Positions 57,835 to 64,000 of a stretch of 64,000 bases of DNA are shown here, piece by piece (position 1 is the stretch's first letter; every line of letters begins with the position of its first letter). The translations under genes and the position numbers were made by a program. This DNA comes from Deltaproteobacteria bacterium GWA2_38_16 (GTDB taxonomy: Bacteria; Bdellovibrionota; JACOXK01; 2-02-FULL-40-11), in NCBI GenBank assembly GCA_001797335.1, contig MGPE01000011.1, forward strand, positions 12,079-76,078, read 5' to 3'. The notes under the pieces are model-generated. The model did no database searches. It saw only the letters and a list, made by a program, of their open reading frames with translations, and had not been told where the DNA came from.

Positions 57835-58659
57835 ATGAAAACTAAAATCATTATATTTCTATGGAGCATCCTCATACTACCCTCACTCGTAGCACATGCA
57901 GACTTACAAAACTTTGTCAGGCTACATGATTACTTTGATAATACGCTTAAAATTCAAGCCGGTAGTTTTGTGGGGCGTGGGTTAACGTCAAACACAGAAT
58001 ATCAAATGACGCTTCTTCAATATTCCAATGAAGCCAAAGAAACCTTTGTAGTCGTTCTTGAAAAGCTCGATAACAATCTGAACATCGTACATACTCGAGC
58101 TTATTTTGCGACTCCCATCACTGACACTCAAAGCGATTTATTTGAATTCGTGTTGGATCGAGAAAAAACCATGCTTCTTCCACCTTTCGAAGGAAAAGCG
58201 CCCATGACGCTAAACCTCAGTAAAGTTGAAAAAGATCACATGATGTTAGAGCTAAAACCCTTGGTAAGCGATCCACAGTTTAGTGAAATTATTCGATTTC
58301 ATTGGGGCAGAACCCCTCAAGTGTATGTGGGGCTAAGAGATACCCGATTTATCGCTGGAAAAAATGAAGTCCGCTTGTGGAGTGATAACGAAGGCTCTTG
58401 GGCAGACCTCACGATTGCAGACACTCCAAACGCCGGAGGAACTTTCCGAGTTTCTGACGAAGGAATTCCAGGGCTTTTTGTTTTAAGACGCATTGTGAAA
58501 GACCGCTATAGCCAAGAAGAAAGTGAACAAATTGCCTATGTTCTTTATTTCTCACGGCGTGTTTCCACCGCATTTTTAGGAATGGGACGAAGCAGCACAA
58601 AATTTGTAACTACACTTCCCACACTTTCAGAAAATAGCTGGGAACTCAATCAGGATTAA
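57835..58659 (+). CDS. Exported hypothetical protein P2 (274 aa, beta-rich)
   Basis: Starts 2 nt after the P1 stop. RBS AGGAG. Signal peptide MKTKIIIFLWSILILPSLVAHA|D. Confidence 0.6.
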   Translation: MKTKIIIFLWSILILPSLVAHADLQNFVRLHDYFDNTLKIQAGSFVGRGLTSNTEYQMTLLQYSNEAKETFVVVLEKLDNNLNIVHTRAYFATPITDTQSDLFEFVLDREKTMLLPPFEGKAPMTLNLSKVEKDHMMLELKPLVSDPQFSEIIRFHWGRTPQVYVGLRDTRFIAGKNEVRLWSDNEGSWADLTIADTPNAGGTFRVSDEGIPGLFVLRRIVKDRYSQEESEQIAYVLYFSRRVSTAFLGMGRSSTKFVTTLPTLSENSWELNQD

Positions 58660-58662
58660 GTC

Positions 58663-60717
58663 ATGAAGCACATTCGCATTATCCTTGTCATTTTTGTCAT
58701 TCTGAGTGCCGTAGGCACGAAGAATCTCTACGCCCAAAATTCCATCTTCGACGAAGGGGTCGATACCACCATCCGCCCAGAAGATATCACTCAAGATCTC
58801 TACCAGTGGGCACAAAACACTGCTTTAAAACTTAAAAAAGTCCTAGAAGATATGCGAAATTTCGACCTTCCTGAAAAAAGAGCATTCTTGATTAAACACA
58901 TTCAAGAAAGTGTCGAAGAAGCTCAAAATATTAGAGAGCTTCTCCTCATGCGCTTTGCTTTAAATCGCGCTCTAGATTTAAATAAATCTTTTTCTGATCA
59001 AGACGATGAACTTTCTGTAAACTATGTTTTAATCCCTGCAATTAGACAAGCTATTGCGCTCTATGAAAGAGAAGATCTCCCCTATTTAACAGCCACCCTC
59101 AATCAACAAAATATCCAAGACATTCCTGTCCCCTCTTATGCTGCTTTTACTAAAAATAATATTAGCTATTTACTGAATATCTCAAACCTTACTCCTTCTT
59201 ATGTGAGCCAATTTGAAATTTTAAAAAATACAATTGTTTGGGTAGTTAATGACTTACTTCGATCTTCTGAAACCAAAAGAAATCCTACAAACTCTACTTT
59301 AATTTTAAATCTTGAAGAACTCTATTTTAAATATGAAAACACACCTATTGAAAACATCGATTATGTTCTCAATAATAAAATCAGAAGTGCTCTTTTAAAA
59401 ACTCAACATACGATGGCCATTGAAAAAAATGCCAAAGAAATGCCTCCGTTTATTCTCTACACCGCCCCTAATCACACATCGGATTCCACAAATTCCCCCT
59501 TTACTCATCAACTCCCCGAAAAACCCAAAGAACCTGGGATTCTTCAAAGAATTTTTGAAGAACGGTCTATTGAAAGAAGATACGAAGACATATCCATAGA
59601 ACATCTGAGCATTGGAGCAGGCTTGAGACAGATTCAAGCAGAAAGCTCTCAAGGTAAAACTGAAACCAGAAATGTTCTCCATATTCCACTCAATATTCTC
59701 CGAGTAAAACATCCTAATAAAGGAGAGTTTTATGTTTTAAAATCAGAATTCGACATGACTCAAAATCAAGAATTTCTCCAACACAACCTAAAACTTTTAG
59801 GCGGACATTATCTTTGGAATATTGATAATGGCCCTATCTCCCTTGGCCCTTATGCCAATCTTGTCACCTTTAAACGAGATGAACTGAGAAATTTAGAATT
59901 TGGACATTGGCTAGAATTGGGGCTGGCTTTAAACATCCAACCTTTTAAAAACAAACGTTTTTTTATTCATGCCAAAGCCTATGCACACCCATCTTTCAAT
60001 GCACAAGACAGTCAATATTCAGAGCTGAATCATATGAATCTTCCCCAAGATGCCTCTCCCGAGTGGAAAGAAGAACTAAAACAACTAGAGGCCAAACACT
60101 ATAATGCTGAAACGGCCGCCATTAAAGCCTCTGAAGCCAAAAGAGATTCTCTCATGGCCACGGGAGAATATTATATTTATACAGAACTGAATGGTAACCA
60201 ATGGGTAGCTCACAATGGAGAGAGATACTGGAGAACCTACGGCCACAAAGTTTTAAATGACTCTGATCGCACAACACTCTTAAAGACAGATAAAATAAAT
60301 GATTTCAAAGAGTATGGATTTATGACGTTAGAAATGGATGCCGAATGGATAAAGTCTATTAAAAGACAAGATGATCTTATTTTACAATTTGGAGGACGCA
60401 TTACCAATATGCACGTAGATGGTTATGATAACAACACCTTACCCCAAGTTCATCGAGATCGTTATAGCAATAAAGCCACAGAAACCAGCTCATTTTTCAC
60501 ATTACAGTACAGACTTTACGATATAGGCAGTCGAGACTTTCTGGACTCATATAACGACAGCAAGCTCTTTAATATGGGCCCTGTTCTTGTCATTTCTTAT
60601 GAAACCCTAGATAACCCTCTAGCTAAAAATCTCATGAGCTTTTTTAATCCTGACGCCGCCTCCCATGCGATCACGAAAACTGAAACATGGAGTATGTATG
60701 TTAAATTCGATTGGTAA
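58663..60717 (+). CDS. Exported paralog P3 (684 aa): helical N-domain plus beta-rich C-domain ending in ...VKFDW
   Basis: Starts 3 nt after the P2 stop. Signal peptide MKHIRIILVIFVILSAVGTKNLYA|Q. Shares the IFDEGVDTTIR, IQESVEEAQ..RELLLMRFALNRAL, DLPYL and KYENTP motifs with P4 and P5. The C-terminal aromatic residue is OMP-like. Confidence 0.65.
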   Translation: MKHIRIILVIFVILSAVGTKNLYAQNSIFDEGVDTTIRPEDITQDLYQWAQNTALKLKKVLEDMRNFDLPEKRAFLIKHIQESVEEAQNIRELLLMRFALNRALDLNKSFSDQDDELSVNYVLIPAIRQAIALYEREDLPYLTATLNQQNIQDIPVPSYAAFTKNNISYLLNISNLTPSYVSQFEILKNTIVWVVNDLLRSSETKRNPTNSTLILNLEELYFKYENTPIENIDYVLNNKIRSALLKTQHTMAIEKNAKEMPPFILYTAPNHTSDSTNSPFTHQLPEKPKEPGILQRIFEERSIERRYEDISIEHLSIGAGLRQIQAESSQGKTETRNVLHIPLNILRVKHPNKGEFYVLKSEFDMTQNQEFLQHNLKLLGGHYLWNIDNGPISLGPYANLVTFKRDELRNLEFGHWLELGLALNIQPFKNKRFFIHAKAYAHPSFNAQDSQYSELNHMNLPQDASPEWKEELKQLEAKHYNAETAAIKASEAKRDSLMATGEYYIYTELNGNQWVAHNGERYWRTYGHKVLNDSDRTTLLKTDKINDFKEYGFMTLEMDAEWIKSIKRQDDLILQFGGRITNMHVDGYDNNTLPQVHRDRYSNKATETSSFFTLQYRLYDIGSRDFLDSYNDSKLFNMGPVLVISYETLDNPLAKNLMSFFNPDAASHAITKTETWSMYVKFDW
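58696..58726 (+). repeat. REP-like half-element inside the P3 signal-peptide codons
   Basis: GTCATTCTGA-GTGCC-GTA-GGCAC-GAAGAATC encodes VILSAVGTKN. The flanks match those of the intergenic elements E1 and E2. Confidence 0.6.
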
Positions 60718-62776
60718 AACACTCTTTCTTCTTCTGGTCATTCTGAGTGCCATCGGCACGAAGAATCTCTATGCACAAGAAGCATCTTCTATCTTCGACG
60801 AAGGCGTCGATACCACGATTCGCGCAGAAGACATTGGGGATGATGTACGCATGTGGGCACAGAATACGGCAATTCAACTGACTAAAGCCCTTAGAAAAGT
60901 AAAACAACTGAGTAGCGATCAAAAAAGAAAATTCTTAGAAGAGGCCATCCAAGAATCTGTTGAAGAAGCACAAACTCAAAGAGAGTTGCTTTTAATGCGC
61001 TTTGCTTTAAATCGCGCCCTGGCTATCAATAAATTTTTTGATGATACGAGTTCAGAACTGGCATACCAATATGTTTTAATCCCCAGTATTAAAGAAGCTA
61101 TCGCTCTTTATAATGAAGCGGATCTCCCCTACTTAAATGCCAATCAAGATAGAGAGATCCCTACTCAAGAAATTGGAGTTCCACCCTATGCCGCCTTTAC
61201 TCGAGCTAACATGCATTACCTTTTAAATATCTCTAACATTCACCCATCTTATAAAACACAATTTGAACTATTAAGGCTTTCTATTGTGTGGATGGTAAAT
61301 GATATTTTGCGCTCCCCTCAAGCCAAAAGAAACTCTACTAATGCCAATATTATTTTAGATTTAAAAAAAATCTATTCTAAATATGAAAACACACCTGAAA
61401 GCGACATTACCTATACGCTCAATAACAGCTTAAGAGCAGAAATCTTAGAAGCCTATAAAACATTAGTTGTAGAAAGTAATGCGGCAAAAATCCCGGCCTT
61501 TATGGTATATTCCGCTCCAAACCATCCTCACGAAAATATTGAAATAGCTGCGCCAAAACCTAAAGAAGAAAATAGCCTTCTCACCCGAATGCTTGCAATG
61601 AAAAAAGACGCCAAAGAATATTCCGCCACTCGCTATGGCTATTTTAATACAGGCATTGGGGGGGGAACATATACGCAGACAAGCGACAATGAAGAAAAAA
61701 CTCAAGGAATGATTGCTCTTCAATTTAAAGTTTTTCATTATGAAACACCCGAAGCGGGGCAAGAAGCCTATGGTGCAAAAGGGGATTTTATTCGAGTGGG
61801 CACAGAATTCCCCAGACAAAATATAGAAATTTTAGGTGCAAAATGGGCTTGGCCTGTGAGTGACCATCTTGCTCTAGGCCCTTATATTAGAATTCTTAAA
61901 CGCACACGAGATAATACACGCTTAACAGAAGATACCCGCTGGTTAAATGCAGGAATCAATTGGCAAATTCAACCGTTTGATTCTAAAAAATTAACAATTA
62001 ATATTGCTACCTATTATGTACCAGATCCAAAATGGGGCGCGGTAACATTAAAACATTTCACAATGGGGGATGTATCTGAAGGATGGAGAAATGATTTAGC
62101 CGCTCGTGAGGCTCAGTATCAAGATGAATGGACACAACAAATTCAATCTTCACAACAAAGGGCTACTCAACTCCAAGGCGTGGGATATAGACGTTACACA
62201 GATGAACAAGGGCGCGAGTGGATAGATGTCCCTGGTGCAGGAAGAGAAAACGATCATAAAATTCTTACTGATGGTGATCGAAACACCCTCATTAGCCAAG
62301 AAAATATGTTTGAAAGGCGACGTCGCGCTTTTGTTGTAGAAGCCGATGCACGGCTCGTTGGATCTTTTAAAAGATATAATGACATTGCGTTAACCCTGGG
62401 GGGTTATTACGAAAACATGATGATGGAAGATTTTAAGCGTAATTTGCCACAAACAAATGCTCAGATCTATAAAACACGTTTTGAAAATCATGGACTCCAT
62501 GGCACTCTTGAATTTCGTCTATGGGACTCCGAAAGAAAAGGAATAAATCATTACTGGGATAGACCTACCTATTCCTATCGAGACGAAGAATATACCTGGT
62601 CTGCCCCCGATTATGACAAAAAAGATGTTACGTTTGGCCCAACCCTTGTTATTTCCTATGACATGGATGATAACCAAATTGGAAAAAACTTTGTAAGTTA
62701 TTTTAACGCTGACAGAGCCAAAGACATACCTTCTCAAACAGAAGTTCTTCAAGTGTACATAACATTCGATTGGTAA
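60698..62776 (+). CDS. Exported paralog P4 (692 aa), same two-domain architecture as P3, ending in ...ITFDW
   Basis: ATG 60698 has GGAG 5 nt upstream and overlaps the P3 3' end by 20 nt. Signal peptide MLNSIGKTLFLLLVILSAIGTKNLYA|Q. The listed ORF starts at 60665. Confidence 0.65.
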   Translation: MLNSIGKTLFLLLVILSAIGTKNLYAQEASSIFDEGVDTTIRAEDIGDDVRMWAQNTAIQLTKALRKVKQLSSDQKRKFLEEAIQESVEEAQTQRELLLMRFALNRALAINKFFDDTSSELAYQYVLIPSIKEAIALYNEADLPYLNANQDREIPTQEIGVPPYAAFTRANMHYLLNISNIHPSYKTQFELLRLSIVWMVNDILRSPQAKRNSTNANIILDLKKIYSKYENTPESDITYTLNNSLRAEILEAYKTLVVESNAAKIPAFMVYSAPNHPHENIEIAAPKPKEENSLLTRMLAMKKDAKEYSATRYGYFNTGIGGGTYTQTSDNEEKTQGMIALQFKVFHYETPEAGQEAYGAKGDFIRVGTEFPRQNIEILGAKWAWPVSDHLALGPYIRILKRTRDNTRLTEDTRWLNAGINWQIQPFDSKKLTINIATYYVPDPKWGAVTLKHFTMGDVSEGWRNDLAAREAQYQDEWTQQIQSSQQRATQLQGVGYRRYTDEQGREWIDVPGAGRENDHKILTDGDRNTLISQENMFERRRRAFVVEADARLVGSFKRYNDIALTLGGYYENMMMEDFKRNLPQTNAQIYKTRFENHGLHGTLEFRLWDSERKGINHYWDRPTYSYRDEEYTWSAPDYDKKDVTFGPTLVISYDMDDNQIGKNFVSYFNADRAKDIPSQTEVLQVYITFDW
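60737..60767 (+). repeat. REP-like half-element inside the P4 signal-peptide codons
   Basis: GTCATTCTGA-GTGCC-ATC-GGCAC-GAAGAATC encodes VILSAIGTKN. Confidence 0.6.
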
Positions 62777-62781
62777 AATAT

Positions 62782-64000
62782 ATGAATAAAAATATTTTTA
62801 TACTCTTTTTCGTCATTCTGAGTGCCATCGGCACGAAGAATCTCTATGCGCAGGACTCCATCTTCGACGAGGGGGTAGATACCACCATTCGCGCAGAAGA
62901 CATTGGCGATGATGTACGCATGTGGGCACAAAATACGGCATTGAAACTTAAAAAACTTTTGAAAGAAGTTAAAAAAGGCACTTTTCTAGAAAAAAGAGTC
63001 CTGATTCTTCAAACCATTCAAGAAAGCGTTGAAGAAGCTAAAGATAGACGAGAGCTTCTCTTAATGCGCTTTACCTTAAACCGGGCGCTAAAACTGGAAG
63101 AAGAATTTAATAATCAACATGATGCCTTGGTGGTTCACCACATTTTACTCCCTGCTGTAAAACAAGCCATTTCTCTTTATGAACAAAGCGATCTGCCTTA
63201 TTTACAATTTAACAGTGGAAAACCGGAGGCCGAAATTGAGCCCCCTAATTATGCAGCCTATACCAAAACCAATATTGGATATCTTTTAAATGCTTCTAAT
63301 ATGAATAAGACTTTAGAGGGCCAATTTAACATTGCCAAAATATCTTTAGCCTGGGTGGCCAAAGACATTCTTCGCTCCCCTAAAGCCAAAAGAAACTCTG
63401 CTAATGCTGATATTGTCATCCAACTTCAAAAACTTTTAACGGAACTAGAACCTATTCAAAAATGCAACATTAATTACAAACTTAACAACAAACTCAGAAA
63501 CACACTCTTAGATCTTTTAGAAAAAATTGTCCCAGAAACATCCTCCGAACATATTGTTCCCCCACTGTGTTATCTAACACCCAAAGATCTTGTAGTAGAT
63601 TTAGAAAAAGAGCTTGAAAAGATCCTTGATCTTACGACGTATATAAATAGCATTTCAGAACGCGATGGAATACTGCGTCAGTGGTATTATCAACATCAAC
63701 CTCAAATAACCATACCGACAATAAGCACTCTTTGTTGCTATTTGAACAGTTCAGAAATAAAAAATGAACTTATACGAGATTGGTTTGATATAAAGTATCA
63801 ATCTTTGAATTTAAAACAACTACTGAACTTATGCGAACAATCTAATTACCATAGCACAAGAGATTACATGATTAAAAAATATTTTAATGCTAAATATGAA
63901 ACTCTATCCACAGAAGAAACAAAAACATTAGCCGCCTGGTCAAATAGCTATGAACTAAAAGATTATATCTTAAGCAAAAAAGTACAATTAAATATGTCAC
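62782..64000 (+). CDS. Exported paralog P5 (partial, more than 406 aa): shared N-domain, then a different C-terminal region of about 33-residue repeats; 3' end lies outside the window
   Basis: It is not in the ORF track because no stop occurs before the window end. My hand translation from ATG 62782 is open to 63999. MNKNIFILFFVILSAIGTKNLYA|QDSIFDEGVDTTIRAEDIGDDVRMWAQNTA... is a paralog of P3 and P4 over about 260 aa. Confidence 0.6.
   Translation, partial: MNKNIFILFFVILSAIGTKNLYAQDSIFDEGVDTTIRAEDIGDDVRMWAQNTALKLKKLLKEVKKGTFLEKRVLILQTIQESVEEAKDRRELLLMRFTLNRALKLEEEFNNQHDALVVHHILLPAVKQAISLYEQSDLPYLQFNSGKPEAEIEPPNYAAYTKTNIGYLLNASNMNKTLEGQFNIAKISLAWVAKDILRSPKAKRNSANADIVIQLQKLLTELEPIQKCNINYKLNNKLRNTLLDLLEKIVPETSSEHIVPPLCYLTPKDLVVDLEKELEKILDLTTYINSISERDGILRQWYYQHQPQITIPTISTLCCYLNSSEIKNELIRDWFDIKYQSLNLKQLLNLCEQSNYHSTRDYMIKKYFNAKYETLSTEETKTLAAWSNSYELKDYILSKKVQLNMS
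62812..62842 (+). repeat. REP-like half-element inside the P5 signal-peptide codons
   Basis: Identical to the P4 copy: GTCATTCTGAGTGCCATCGGCACGAAGAATC. Confidence 0.6.

Noticed and set aside
58627-58815. Minus-strand ORFs 58627-58815, 60701-60922 and 62749-62931 share a conserved peptide (...VEDG/R...EILRA(Y/D)GTQND...), which could look like a conserved antisense gene family.
   Set aside because: Each lies antisense to the 5' end of P3, P4 or P5. The conserved peptide is simply the reverse translation of the repeated GTCATTCTGAGTGCC...GAAGAATC element and of the homogenised 5' patch. There is no RBS, and they overlap well-supported plus-strand genes.
1-64000. CRISPR arrays, rRNA genes, IS elements, transposases, integrases and prophage genes.
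   Set aside because: I found no regularly spaced direct repeats, no rRNA-like sequence, and no ORF with transposase or integrase motifs. The only interspersed repeats are the short GTCATYC...GRATC hairpin elements.

Overview
Chromosomal, mostly housekeeping window from a low-GC diderm (Gram-negative) bacterium, shown by LptD, LptE and RND pumps. A TIGR02147/DUF4423-type protein hints at a Bdellovibrio- or Fibrobacter-like lineage, but taxonomy cannot be fixed from this sequence. About 58 protein genes sit in tightly packed operons whose genes often overlap. In order: (1) adaptor / RND / small P-II-like / RND / lipoprotein efflux cluster, then a CPBP protease, a Cys-rich exported protein and a tocopherol-cyclase-like protein. 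(2) Minus strand: ACT-less aspartokinase, ALDH, HI0933-type flavoprotein, rsmB. (3) RHH-lepA-lepB-pyrB-pyrC-carA-orf-carB. (4) CUT2 sugar ABC transporter fused to a GH15 glucoamylase operon. (5) rpsT, lptE-holA, rpoZ-DUF721. (6) alr-purH-TPR-purD-purE-tsaC-DUF1015. (7) tRNA-Thr(CGU) with a 0.6-kb DUF4160/DUF2442 islet bounded by a 12-bp direct repeat. (8) nadB convergent with, and overlapping, a minimal queG. (9) Amidohydrolase, ROK kinase, pabA, lptD, folC, dcd. (10) At the 3' end, an operon headed by a TIGR02147 protein, followed by five exported proteins of no family I recognise, including three tandem paralogs. I saw no rRNA, CRISPR array, transposase or integrase. Three observations stand out. 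First, the 3'-terminal operon of exported paralogs. Second, a GTCATYC...GRATC nested-hairpin repeat family that is intergenic elsewhere but lies inside the signal-peptide codons of all three paralogs. Third, mosaic 5' homogenisation between those paralogs. All functional calls come from motif recognition by eye. No database search was run.
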